NCBI GenBank assembly: GCA_002453155.1
Contig: DKGG01000055.1
Location: forward strand, 5,271 to 69,270
Reading direction: 5' to 3'
DNA length: 64,000 bases
Origin: Bdellovibrionaceae bacterium UBA6776
GTDB taxonomy: Bacteria; Bdellovibrionota; Bdellovibrionia; Bdellovibrionales; UBA1609
Positions within the stretch are counted from its first letter, which is position 1. Each line of letters begins with the position of its first letter. Both the position numbers and the translations under genes were made by a program. Below, piece by piece: positions 35,067-44,686 of this stretch. Under the pieces are notes generated by a model. It did no database searches. It saw nothing but the letters and a program-made list of their open reading frames with translations, and was not told the DNA's origin.

Positions 35067-36655
35067 AGAATTTAATCCTGATCGCATCCCTTATCGTTCC
35101 TTCTTTTGGTTTAAGTCAGTCGGCCACACTTGAGAGCCATTCAGATTTGATGGTGGCTCAAAATAGGAAAGGGCGTTCAGTTGCTCAAAGAAGAACTCGG
35201 TCAAATTCAGTTTCGGAATTTCGTCAGGCCCTTCAATTGAGCCGGCAGCGCAAATATGCAGAGGCCTCAGAGATTCTCTTTCGATTGGTGTACAATCCTC
35301 GATTTCGCAGTCAGGCTCCTCGCATTCGCTACATCTTGGGTTTGAACCTTTGGAAAATGAAAATGTATCAACTTTCAGCGTTCCAATTTATTTCCGTGGT
35401 TAAGGAAGGAAATGGAAAGTATGTGAACTTGGCTCTGGAAAAGCTATCAGTTGTGGCGGATATTCTGGGAGATGACTCGCTATTAAACTATGCAATTTCC
35501 CGAGTGCAAGTGAAGCGCTTTCCCTCCTCGCAACGGGACATGCTCTATTTTCGAATCGGTGAGTTTCAGCAAAGAGGGGGGCAGTATCTCTCTGCAGCCA
35601 GTTCTTTTTCTCGGGTGAGACCAACAAACCCTCTTTATGCCAAAGCAAAATACAATCAGGGTCTTTCCTATGCTTTGGCTGGAAAGGAGAGAGAAGCACT
35701 AAATGCCTTTGATCAATTGGCCATTCGGCGTGAATCTGCTGGCCCCAATGACACCGTTCGTGCTGGAGCCCTCATGGGAAAAGCGAGAGTTTATTACCAA
35801 ATGAAGGATTGGGACCGGGCCATTGAAACTTACCGTCAGGTTCCAAGAGATTCATCCTTCTGGCATGACACTCTATTTGAATCCAGTTGGGCCATGATGA
35901 GATCGGGTCGTTTTCGGTCTGCTCTCAGTAACTTTCAGTCCCTTCATTCCGCCTACTATGAAGGCTACTATTTGCCAGAGTCGTTGCTTTTGCGTTCTAT
36001 CGTCTATCTGTACATTTGCAAATTTGATGAAGTGGAGAAAGTTTTAGATCTCTTCTCTAAACTTTATAAGCCTGTTTATGCGAGAGTGGACCGGATGCTC
36101 GACTACAAGGGCAGCCCTGAAATCTATTTTAATTTGATGGTTCAGGTTATGAATAAGCGTGAAAAAGGAGAAGTTTCAGACACGTCTCCCATGCCCTACG
36201 TGGTGGCTCAAAAAATCTCTCAAGAAGGAGATTTTCAAAATTCTTACAATTACATTCGTAAACTTTTGGAAGAGCGGCGGATCTATAATGCTCAGCCGGC
36301 CAGTTGGAGGGCCGGAAACATCGGTCGATATTCTAAGAAAGTCTTAGAGACAAGAATAAAAAAAGCTAAGGCGAAAGCAGGTCGTCAAGTTCGATACCAT
36401 TTGCTGAGTATCAAGCAGGAGCTGGTGGACCTTTTTGAGCAAGAGGGATTCATCCGATTTGAGGCTTTGAACAGCCAAAAGGAAGAGCTTAAAAAAGAAA
36501 TTTCAGGAAAAGACTTAAAGCCAAAACAGGTGGATGAAGAACGAGCCCGTGATTTTTATATCAAGAATGGTTATCAATACTGGCCTTTTGACGGTGAGTA
36601 TTGGCTAGATGAAATAGGAAATTATCACTATGTTGGAACACAGAGCTGTCGCTAA
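35063..36655 (+). CDS. Periplasmic TPR protein, GltC/GltE-like (gliding cluster)
   Basis: Signal peptide MKNLILIASLIVPSFGLS, multiple TPR-like A/Y/L repeats, and ATGA overlap with the upstream gene. Confidence 0.6.
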   Translation: MKNLILIASLIVPSFGLSQSATLESHSDLMVAQNRKGRSVAQRRTRSNSVSEFRQALQLSRQRKYAEASEILFRLVYNPRFRSQAPRIRYILGLNLWKMKMYQLSAFQFISVVKEGNGKYVNLALEKLSVVADILGDDSLLNYAISRVQVKRFPSSQRDMLYFRIGEFQQRGGQYLSAASSFSRVRPTNPLYAKAKYNQGLSYALAGKEREALNAFDQLAIRRESAGPNDTVRAGALMGKARVYYQMKDWDRAIETYRQVPRDSSFWHDTLFESSWAMMRSGRFRSALSNFQSLHSAYYEGYYLPESLLLRSIVYLYICKFDEVEKVLDLFSKLYKPVYARVDRMLDYKGSPEIYFNLMVQVMNKREKGEVSDTSPMPYVVAQKISQEGDFQNSYNYIRKLLEERRIYNAQPASWRAGNIGRYSKKVLETRIKKAKAKAGRQVRYHLLSIKQELVDLFEQEGFIRFEALNSQKEELKKEISGKDLKPKQVDEERARDFYIKNGYQYWPFDGEYWLDEIGNYHYVGTQSCR

Positions 36656-39600
36656 AAGGTTGATTTTTGTCCTGCTCGCAGGATTGATGGTGGGCAGCGC
36701 TGTAGATGCCAAGCCCACTCGAAAATCGCGGACCGTTGGGGATCTGTTAAAACGCATTGAAAAAAAAGCCAACAAAGTTTCCCTGAAAAAATCTCAGGGG
36801 AAACTTCCAGGCTACAAATCCATTGGAAAGTCCAGGGCCCGTGTGGACCTTCAATCCGTAAAACCTCCCTCTACAGCAAACCTTTACTATCCAGAGGGAA
36901 CCAAAGATGCCAACTTGGAAAAGGCTACGGATAAGGGAATCTCTCAACTCTATAAACTCTCAAAGCAATTTAAGAACAGTCCGCGTAGAGGAGAAATCTG
37001 GCTTCGATTGGCGGAGCTTTATGTGGAAAAGGCCCGTTTGATTGAATTCAAACTCAGTCAAGATTTTGAGGCCAAAATGAAGGAGTACATCGACAAAAAA
37101 AGATCGAAGCGTCCCGAACTGAATTTGGAGCCCGCTCAAGCTTACAACAAAAAAGCCATTCAGCTGTATAAATGGTTTATTAGAGATTATCCCAAAGATG
37201 AAAAGGTGGATCAGGCACTTTTCTTTTTGGGATACAACTATTTTGAACTGGGGCAATCGAAGACGGGAAGTCAGTACTACTCTCAACTGACAAAGAAATT
37301 TCCGCGAAGCTTTTATAATGAGGAGGCTGCCTTTGCTCTGGGCGAATATTATTTCGAAAACGAAAAGTATAAGACTGCGCTTCCTTACTACCATAAGGTT
37401 GCTAAGAACCGACGTGGCAGGTTGTTCTCCTTCAGTATGTACAAGTTGGCATGGACTCAATACAAATTGGGACAAATGTCCTCGGCTTTAAGATCCTTGG
37501 AAAAAGTGATTCGGGCAGGCAAAGAGAAGGGGGGCTCTTCGGGACCTTCCCGTCTTCGTTTGGCGTCGGAGGCTTCGAAGGATTTAGTGGTCTTTTATGC
37601 AGAGGCTGGAAAGCCTGAAAATGCCCGTCGATATTTTGATGAACTCGTGGGAGCTAAGAAAGGTAGAGAGTTGATTGAGAAACTCGCCTATTTTTATGCG
37701 GACTCAGGAAATCGAAAGGCGGCTCAAGAGATCTTTTCAAGCTTGATTGATGAAAATCCACAATCCGAAAAAGCTTTTGAGTATCAGTATCAGATCGTCA
37801 GTTTGTATGCCACTTCATCGACTTCTAACGAATTTCGCGGAGAGCTCTTTGAGTGGCTCAACAATTATGGTCCCGGCAGCCAATGGCAAAAATCTAACGA
37901 TGACAAGCGAGAATTGGTTCAAAAGGTCAACCAGTTGATGGAGTCGACCTTAAGAAACCACATCTTGCAAATTCACCAGACAGCCCAGAATTCTCGTACA
38001 AAGTACTCTCAAAACAAGGCTAAAGATGCCTATCAGCTTTATTTTAAGAAGTTTGATTCCGGAGAGAAAATCGACGAGATGCACTTTTTCTTTGCGGAAC
38101 TTCTTTTTGATATGGGGGAATTTGAAGGCGCGGCTTACCACTACAACTGGATTGTTAAAAATGCGCCAAAGTCCCAGTACGCAGAAAAATCTCGTTTGAA
38201 TACGGTATTGGCTCTAGAGAAAGCCCTGCCTTCAGAAAAAGATTTGAAAGATCGTTTGGGAGATTCACTGGATCCCGTTCCACTTGAAAAGAACGTGAAA
38301 AACTTCCTGTTGGCATCTAAGCAATATGAAGAGACCTATCCTAAAGGAGAAAATGTTCCGGCGATCAAATACAAAGCCGGCGCGCTTTATTACTACCACA
38401 ATATGTTTGATGAAGCGCTGAACGAGTTCAATGAAATCATTAAGGGGTATCCCAAGTCCGACTATGCAAAGAATGCAGCCAATTTAACTCTAGATATTTA
38501 CAATTTGAAGAAAGATTTCGTGGGGCTTGAAAAGGCTGGAACAGAAATCTTGAAGAATGAAGATCTGGCGAGTGGGCAAGTAGGCACTCAGGTTAAATCG
38601 GTATTGCAACAAGTGTCTTTCAAGAAGGCTCAAGATCTAGAGTCCGAAAAGAAATATCAAGAAAGTGCGGAGTCTTTTAAAGCCTTTGCAGATCAAAACC
38701 CGGGATCTGATTTGGCAATCACAGCTCTCTTTAATGCGGGTTTGAATTTTGAAAGAGCCGGGCTTCTGGCGCAATCGGCAAATATGCATGAATCGGTTGT
38801 GAAAAAAGGTGGCAAAGCAGCTATTAAAGAGAAGTCTGAAAAAATTCTTCCTTCTCTGTATGAAAAAGTGGGGCGTTACAAAGAAGCCGCGTCTATGATG
38901 GAAAACTATGGTTCTAAGAATCCTAAAGAAAAAGAAGCCATCGATTATCTGTTCAACGCAGCCGTCATCCAAGATGGTGTTCGAAGGTACAGATCTGCAG
39001 CAAAAAACTATCAGGAGTATTTCGACCGAAGTAGAAGCGATGACAAGTATGACACTCTCTTCTTACTAGCAAAACTTTGGGAGCAAAGAGGCGGGATTTC
39101 AAAAGCCTCGGAGTATTACGGACGATTTTACACCAGCCCCACAAAAGACAAATCCGCTGTTGTAGAGTCCGCCTTTCGAAATGCGGAGATCTTCCGAAAG
39201 AAACGCAAAAACTCCGAATATGAGCGTTGGCTGAAAAAGACGGTAGCTTCTCAGGAGGCTCTTTCAAAGAATTCTAAAAGTGTTGGTGTGAGGTTCGCCG
39301 CGGAAGCTCAGTTTGATTTGGTCAAAGGGCGGTTTGAGGAACTTACTAAGGTTAAAATTCCAGCAAACCCGGCAAAGCAAAAATCAGCGGTGGACAAGAA
39401 GCTTTCGCTGCTCAACAAGCTGAAGGATGATCTGAAGTCTGTAATTGCCTATGATGATGGGCCTACGGTTGTTGCGTCTCTGACACTGTTAGGTCAGGCC
39501 TACCAACATATGGCCGCGGCCATCTTTGGCGCACCCACTCCTAAGGGCTTAGACGAGGAAGGGTTGAAGCAGTACAAAGAGGGCGTGCGGGGAATTGCAG

Positions 39601-40484
39601 CACCTTTTGAGAAGGAAGCCATTGCCAATTACAAATCGGCCATCGAACGTGGTTTTGCTTTGAAGGGATATTCAGAGTGGTTGATTCGAGCCCACCATGA
39701 GTTGTTTCAATTGGATCCTTCCCAATTGTCTTATAAAGAGGAGCAGGCTGCCGTTAGTTCCGAGTGGGATTCCACCAGCAAACTTTTGTCTAAAGACGAA
39801 TACAAAGATCTGAAGTTTGCCGTGGATTCTAACAGTGAAGCCAATACGGTGCGAGAGGCATCAAAGCTTTTGGGCAAGAATACGGAAGACTTAGGGGCAC
39901 TGATGGCTCTGGCAACGATTCACCACGCAAAGAATGAGCCGGGGCTCTCCGAAATCATTCTAACTCGGGCGTTGAAGTCCAGTCCCAATGAGCCGGCTAT
40001 TTTTCACAATCTTGGGATTATCTATTTAGAGCGAGGGGATTTGAGGGAGGCTTTGGCATCTTTTGAAAAAGCGAATGAGCTGGACTCTAAACATCTACCC
40101 ACCGTCCAAAGTCTAGCAAGTATCTATTTGAAGTATTTTGATTACAAAAGAGCCTATGAAATTTTGAAACCGATGAAGTCCAAAATTTATGAAGGACTTT
40201 CGAGATCAACGACTCATCAATTGGAAATGGCTAATGGTTTGGGTGTTGCCTCGGCCAACGTCGGTGAGAACGATGAAGCTCTTTCAAACTATGATAAAGT
40301 TTTAAAAGTAGACGGACAAAATACTTCTGTTCTATTGAACAAAACAATTCTTCTGGCGGAAAGAATAAAAAGCAAAGACAAGGCCACTGAAGTCTTGAAT
40401 AAACTTAAGTTTCTGGCAGATGATAGAGATATGCAGCAAAAAGTGCGGTATTTGGAAGGTCAGATATCGCAATTGAAGGATTAG
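36630..40484 (+). CDS. Large TPR protein (1284 aa), GltD/AgmU/NfsD-like (gliding cluster)
   Basis: Signal peptide and >1200 aa of TPR-type repeats (..ALFFLGYNYFELGQ.., ..AAFALGEYYFENEKY.., ..IFHNLGIIYLERGDLREALASFEKA..). Size and position match AgmU-type proteins. Confidence 0.7.
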   Translation: MLEHRAVAKRLIFVLLAGLMVGSAVDAKPTRKSRTVGDLLKRIEKKANKVSLKKSQGKLPGYKSIGKSRARVDLQSVKPPSTANLYYPEGTKDANLEKATDKGISQLYKLSKQFKNSPRRGEIWLRLAELYVEKARLIEFKLSQDFEAKMKEYIDKKRSKRPELNLEPAQAYNKKAIQLYKWFIRDYPKDEKVDQALFFLGYNYFELGQSKTGSQYYSQLTKKFPRSFYNEEAAFALGEYYFENEKYKTALPYYHKVAKNRRGRLFSFSMYKLAWTQYKLGQMSSALRSLEKVIRAGKEKGGSSGPSRLRLASEASKDLVVFYAEAGKPENARRYFDELVGAKKGRELIEKLAYFYADSGNRKAAQEIFSSLIDENPQSEKAFEYQYQIVSLYATSSTSNEFRGELFEWLNNYGPGSQWQKSNDDKRELVQKVNQLMESTLRNHILQIHQTAQNSRTKYSQNKAKDAYQLYFKKFDSGEKIDEMHFFFAELLFDMGEFEGAAYHYNWIVKNAPKSQYAEKSRLNTVLALEKALPSEKDLKDRLGDSLDPVPLEKNVKNFLLASKQYEETYPKGENVPAIKYKAGALYYYHNMFDEALNEFNEIIKGYPKSDYAKNAANLTLDIYNLKKDFVGLEKAGTEILKNEDLASGQVGTQVKSVLQQVSFKKAQDLESEKKYQESAESFKAFADQNPGSDLAITALFNAGLNFERAGLLAQSANMHESVVKKGGKAAIKEKSEKILPSLYEKVGRYKEAASMMENYGSKNPKEKEAIDYLFNAAVIQDGVRRYRSAAKNYQEYFDRSRSDDKYDTLFLLAKLWEQRGGISKASEYYGRFYTSPTKDKSAVVESAFRNAEIFRKKRKNSEYERWLKKTVASQEALSKNSKSVGVRFAAEAQFDLVKGRFEELTKVKIPANPAKQKSAVDKKLSLLNKLKDDLKSVIAYDDGPTVVASLTLLGQAYQHMAAAIFGAPTPKGLDEEGLKQYKEGVRGIAAPFEKEAIANYKSAIERGFALKGYSEWLIRAHHELFQLDPSQLSYKEEQAAVSSEWDSTSKLLSKDEYKDLKFAVDSNSEANTVREASKLLGKNTEDLGALMALATIHHAKNEPGLSEIILTRALKSSPNEPAIFHNLGIIYLERGDLREALASFEKANELDSKHLPTVQSLASIYLKYFDYKRAYEILKPMKSKIYEGLSRSTTHQLEMANGLGVASANVGENDEALSNYDKVLKVDGQNTSVLLNKTILLAERIKSKDKATEVLNKLKFLADDRDMQQKVRYLEGQISQLKD

Positions 40485-40490
40485 GCAACT

Positions 40491-40793
40491 ATGTTGAAGG
40501 GTTTTGGTTGGATGAACAGAAGGACTTATGGAATTTGGATTTCGTTATTGAGCCTCTTCCTAGGTTTGCCCTTATGGGCACAGTCTTCAAAATCCAAAGC
40601 GGGTGATGTTCGAACAGAGAAAATTCAGTTTGATGATGAGTTGGTTGAAGGTGAACTTCGAAAGCCTGAACTTTTTTATCTTCTTCAAAAAAAGCAATTC
40701 AATTACAAGCGATTGATCAAACTGAGAGAGAATTTTCTTCCGGAGATGAGAAGAGACGCTGAGAAAATTCCAGTGGGGAGAGTGGATCAATGA
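40491..40793 (+). CDS. Small secreted/membrane protein in GltF/NfsF position
   Basis: 100 aa with an N-terminal hydrophobic signal (GIWISLLSLFLGLPLWAQS). ATGA overlap with the next gene. Assignment is by position only. Confidence 0.45.
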   Translation: MLKGFGWMNRRTYGIWISLLSLFLGLPLWAQSSKSKAGDVRTEKIQFDDELVEGELRKPELFYLLQKKQFNYKRLIKLRENFLPEMRRDAEKIPVGRVDQ

Positions 40794-42907
40794 AGCAACC
40801 ACTGGTCTTAAAAATTTACCGTGATGGTCAGCTGATCAATATTCAACAGTTTACAACTCCGCAAGTGGTCTTCGGTCGCGGGGGAGATGTTCAGGTTGCT
40901 TTGGAAGATGATTCTATTTCTCCCATTCATGCTCTGCTGGATGATCGTGGCAATCAGGTGGTTCTTTCTGACTTGGGATCTCAAACAGGAACCTATCTCA
41001 GTGGGAAGCGTGTTTTAGAGTCTGAAATTAAGTCGGGCGAAGAAATTCGCCTAGGCCCATTTGTGGTTCAGTTTTTTATTGGAGTGCCTCGGCCAGCGGG
41101 AATTCCTCAGCCTATGGCTACGGATAAGGAAGACCTACCCGCCGCACCAGAGGTGAATGAAGAGCCTCCGGAACTTCCTGAAGAAACTGCAAAGCTCAGT
41201 TTAGGAGAGCCGGCACCCGAAGAAGAAGAGGTTCAAGCTCCGTCGGAACCTGAGGAGCCGCCGTCCATTCAAGAACCGTCCACACCTGATGAGCCTGAAG
41301 AAATCGAGGAGGTGACATTCGTTCCTCCTCCTCCGCTGTCACAGGATTCTGTGGAGGGACGTCCTCCGGAAGAAAAGCGTGGTCGTGTTTCCGGAAAAAC
41401 CTATGCTCCAGACAGCTTCAATTCGGATCCGAAAGAAGTGGTTCGTCCTGGAAAGGGCTCTGTTGTTGAGATCATCGTTTTTTGGCACGAAAGAGCCATT
41501 GCCACTTATCACTTTACACGCAAAGGAAACATCAAGATCGGTGGCAGTGAGTCCAGTGATGTGTTTGTTCCCATTATGGCGCGGGGATCTACATTTACAC
41601 TTGTAAAACTCAACCGAGATCAAGCAACGATTTGTATCAGTCCTGAAATGACCGGCGAATTGGTACGTTTTGATGACTCCATTCCCATCAAGCAACTGGC
41701 GCGCATGAACAAGCTGCGAGACAGTGGTGATCATTACGAGTTGGATTTGAAACAAGGCGAAATGATACGAGTGGCTTTGGACCATGGTTTGATTTCACTG
41801 ATCGTTAGATATAAAGAGGCCACTCCCAAAGCTCTAGCGGCTCCATTGCTGGATCTTTCCACTTCAGAATTGACGGGTGTGGTCTTGTCCTTGGTGATCG
41901 GATCTATCCTTAGTCTTTACATGTTCGTTTATGCTCCTCAGACATTGAATCCGGATGAGGCGATGATTGAAGAGCCTTTAAGAAAAGCCATTGTGAAATT
42001 TAATCCGCCCAAGAAAAAGATCGTGGTTGCGAAGGACGAGCCCCAACAGGTTCCCACCGAAAAAAAGGTAGTGAAGGTCGCAGAAAAATCTCCGATCTCG
42101 AAGGCGGCTAAGCAGGAACGACAAACGCCCACTCCTTCAAAAGAAAAAGCAGGTAAACCTGGTAAAGCCGGTGAAGTGGCCCCCAGCAAAAAGCCTTCTA
42201 AATCTAAAGAGGTGGGGTCTGCTCGTCCCGGAGGCTCTCAAAAGACAGCCGCTAAAGATGGAGCCAATGCGAAGTCTGCAAAGCCCGATCCAATGAAAAC
42301 CGGTTTGATGAGTGCTTTTGGATCAAAAGGTCTTCAGGACAAATTAGACAAAGCTTATTCGGGCTCTGGAGAGTTGCAGGGTCTTGCGGACCAAGCCACT
42401 GGAACTTCCGGAATGGCAGACACTCGACCGGGTGAAGGTTTGGGAACCAAGATGAAAGAAGGGGCCAGCGGAAAAGGTGAGTCCATTGTCGGTATCTCTG
42501 GCGTTGGAACCAAAGGCCGTGGAACAGGAACCACCGGATATGGCAGCGGCGGAATTGGTAAAAAAGGCTCTGTGGAAATCGATGTGGGTGGCGGAGGAGC
42601 CGGTTTTACAGGTTCTATTGACAAGGAAGCCATTCGTCGTGTTATTCGCGACCACCTTCGTGAAATTCGAACCTGTTACGAGCGTGCCCTTCAACGTCAG
42701 CCCGATCTTTTTGGAAAAATCACTCTCTCATGGGTGATCGAAGAAAAAGGGCGAGTGAAATCTGCGAAAGTGGTTTCCAACGATATGGGCAATGCGGAAG
42801 TGGCCCAATGTATTAAGTCAAAACTTCAAACATGGACATTCCCAGACCCACCTCCAAATACTTTGGCTGAGGTCGAGAGTTATCCGTTCGTGTTTGCATC
42901 ACAATAA
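40790..42907 (+). CDS. FHA / Pro-Glu-rich / TM / TonB-C-like protein, GltG(PglI)/GltJ(AgmX)-like
   Basis: N-terminal FHA (VVFGRGGDVQVALEDDSISPIHALL..GSQTGTYLSG), PE-rich linker, TM (LTGVVLSLVIGSILSLYMFVY), and Lys/Gly-rich region. The C-terminal IDKEAIRRVIRDHLREIRTCYERAL..ITLSWVIEEKGRV is typical of the AgmX/PglI C-terminal domain. Confidence 0.75.
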   Translation: MKQPLVLKIYRDGQLINIQQFTTPQVVFGRGGDVQVALEDDSISPIHALLDDRGNQVVLSDLGSQTGTYLSGKRVLESEIKSGEEIRLGPFVVQFFIGVPRPAGIPQPMATDKEDLPAAPEVNEEPPELPEETAKLSLGEPAPEEEEVQAPSEPEEPPSIQEPSTPDEPEEIEEVTFVPPPPLSQDSVEGRPPEEKRGRVSGKTYAPDSFNSDPKEVVRPGKGSVVEIIVFWHERAIATYHFTRKGNIKIGGSESSDVFVPIMARGSTFTLVKLNRDQATICISPEMTGELVRFDDSIPIKQLARMNKLRDSGDHYELDLKQGEMIRVALDHGLISLIVRYKEATPKALAAPLLDLSTSELTGVVLSLVIGSILSLYMFVYAPQTLNPDEAMIEEPLRKAIVKFNPPKKKIVVAKDEPQQVPTEKKVVKVAEKSPISKAAKQERQTPTPSKEKAGKPGKAGEVAPSKKPSKSKEVGSARPGGSQKTAAKDGANAKSAKPDPMKTGLMSAFGSKGLQDKLDKAYSGSGELQGLADQATGTSGMADTRPGEGLGTKMKEGASGKGESIVGISGVGTKGRGTGTTGYGSGGIGKKGSVEIDVGGGGAGFTGSIDKEAIRRVIRDHLREIRTCYERALQRQPDLFGKITLSWVIEEKGRVKSAKVVSNDMGNAEVAQCIKSKLQTWTFPDPPPNTLAEVESYPFVFASQ

Positions 42908-42928
42908 GGAAATTAAGGGGAGGATATC

Positions 42929-43618
42929 TTGGAAAATCAAACAGTAAATGCGGTACTCACCGACCAGTGTGCTGCTTACGGCAACTTTGTTGCGAAGGCC
43001 TTTTGTGAAGGCGGACTGGTCATGTACATCATTTTGGTTGTGGGTTTGCTCACACTCTTTCTGGTGGTGGAAAGATTTATGGCTTTGCAAAGACTTACAA
43101 TTGATAAGTCTCAGGTGGCCGAAAATCTTTTTGCGATGATTCTTCGTGGGGACTTGAGGCAGGCCATTGCTTTTTGTGATAGTAAGCCCGCCCCTTTAAC
43201 CAACACTTTGAAGGCGGGTTTGGTTCAAGCGATGAATAGAAGACCAGATGAAGAAATTCAGGTGGCCATGGATGCTTCCGTATTGCGTGAAACTCCTCGG
43301 CTTGAAGGTTGGGTGTCATTCCTCGCTGTTTTTGGAAACATGGGAGTTTTGATTGGATTGGTTGGAACAATCATTGGTTTGATTCGATCTTTCAGTGGTG
43401 TTGCGGAAGCGGATGCCGCAACCAAGGCTGCAGAACTTTCAAAAGGAATTTCTGAAGCTCTTAACTGTACGGCGTTCGGTTTGATGGTTGCGATTACAGC
43501 CATTTTCTTCTTTGGATTCTTTCAAATTCGAATCGGTCGAGCCATCAACGATATGCAAGAAAGCAGCATGACTTTGATGAACTTGGTTGTCTCTAACAGA
43601 GACAAATTGAAAGGCTAA
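42929..43618 (+). CDS. MotA/TolQ/ExbB-family proton channel, AglR-like
   Basis: TTG start after GGGGAGG. Three TM helices and LSKGISEALNCTAFGLMVAITAIFFFGFF signature. Confidence 0.85.
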   Translation: MENQTVNAVLTDQCAAYGNFVAKAFCEGGLVMYIILVVGLLTLFLVVERFMALQRLTIDKSQVAENLFAMILRGDLRQAIAFCDSKPAPLTNTLKAGLVQAMNRRPDEEIQVAMDASVLRETPRLEGWVSFLAVFGNMGVLIGLVGTIIGLIRSFSGVAEADAATKAAELSKGISEALNCTAFGLMVAITAIFFFGFFQIRIGRAINDMQESSMTLMNLVVSNRDKLKG

Positions 43619-43619
43619 C

Positions 43620-44093
43620 ATGGCCCATATTGATGACGGTGGTTCAGGCAACCGCGCTGCAAGTGTCGATTTAAATTTGGTCCCTTTCATCGATTTGATG
43701 TCGGTGATGATCATTTTTTTGCTCCTCACTGCGGTTTGGACTCAGGTTTCAATGATTCAAATTGGAAGTTCCATTTACGGAAAGAAAACCTCTGCGGAGC
43801 CGGTCGCTCCTCCTCCCCGAGCAGAGATTCCTTTCCGTTTAGATGTGCAAACGAACGGTTACCAGGTCGTCATCGGTCAGCGTCGCTTTCAAGTTCCCAA
43901 GGTCGATGATCAATACGATCAAAAGACCTTGATCGAAAAATTGAAACAGATCAAAGAGATTTACCCTGAAAAAGAGGATGCGGTAATTACGGTTTTAGAT
44001 GAGCTTCCTTATGATTCTCTTATTGTTGGAATGGATGCTCTCTTGAATTCAGGTTTTCCGATGATTTCAGTGGCAACACAAGGAGCAGAATAG
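43620..44093 (+). CDS. ExbD/TolR-family protein, AglQ/AglS-like (1)
   Basis: VDLNLVPFIDLMSVMIIFLLL TM with the conserved Asp, and a periplasmic ExbD domain. Confidence 0.8.
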   Translation: MAHIDDGGSGNRAASVDLNLVPFIDLMSVMIIFLLLTAVWTQVSMIQIGSSIYGKKTSAEPVAPPPRAEIPFRLDVQTNGYQVVIGQRRFQVPKVDDQYDQKTLIEKLKQIKEIYPEKEDAVITVLDELPYDSLIVGMDALLNSGFPMISVATQGAE

Positions 44094-44677
44094 TGGCAAT
44101 TCGAGTGCCCGGACTTCGCAGTCGTCATGGAAGATTGAAAAGTTCAAAACGAAGTGCTGTTGCGGTCCTTCAGCTGACGGCCATGGTGGATATGTTTACA
44201 GTTATGGTGGTATTTCTTCTTCAAAATTATGCAACCACCAACCAGGTGCTGCCCATCAGTGACAAGGTCAATTTGCCTTCAGCAATGGAAGTGAAGGAGC
44301 TTAAGCCTTCAAATGTTGTAGTGATTTCTGAAGAGGGCATTTCCTTTAACAATGAAATCGTGGCGACCATTGAAGACTTGAAGTCTGCAGAGGACTGGCT
44401 TTTGCCAAAGCTTGAGAAACCCATTCGCGAAGTGATTCGTTTGGGCACGGAAAAAAAGAATTCCATTGGTGAAAAAATCCGGAGCGCAGTCAATGAAGCA
44501 AAGACCGGGCCGAAGCAAGAGGAAGAGATTGATGATTTTTTAAAGCTGACCATTCAAGCAGATAAGACTGTGGACTTTCTCAGTGTAAAGAAAATCATGT
44601 ACACCGTCACTGAGGCAGGAATTCAAGAGATCAATTTTGCAGTTCTTAAAAAGCCAGAGGACAGTGCCATCAATTGA
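44093..44677 (+). CDS. ExbD/TolR-family protein, AglQ/AglS-like (2)
   Basis: GTG start overlapping the upstream stop. LQLTAMVDMFTVMVVFLL TM with Asp, and a longer periplasmic tail. Confidence 0.75.
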   Translation: MAIRVPGLRSRHGRLKSSKRSAVAVLQLTAMVDMFTVMVVFLLQNYATTNQVLPISDKVNLPSAMEVKELKPSNVVVISEEGISFNNEIVATIEDLKSAEDWLLPKLEKPIREVIRLGTEKKNSIGEKIRSAVNEAKTGPKQEEEIDDFLKLTIQADKTVDFLSVKKIMYTVTEAGIQEINFAVLKKPEDSAIN

Positions 44678-44686
44678 TCTGAAATT

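Noticed and set aside
41100-41350. Repetitive-looking Pro/Glu-coding stretch (GAACCTGAGGAGCCGCC...) considered as a tandem DNA repeat or CRISPR-like array
   Set aside because: There is no regular repeat-spacer periodicity. It is a low-complexity PE-rich linker inside the GltG/PglI-like ORF and stays in frame.
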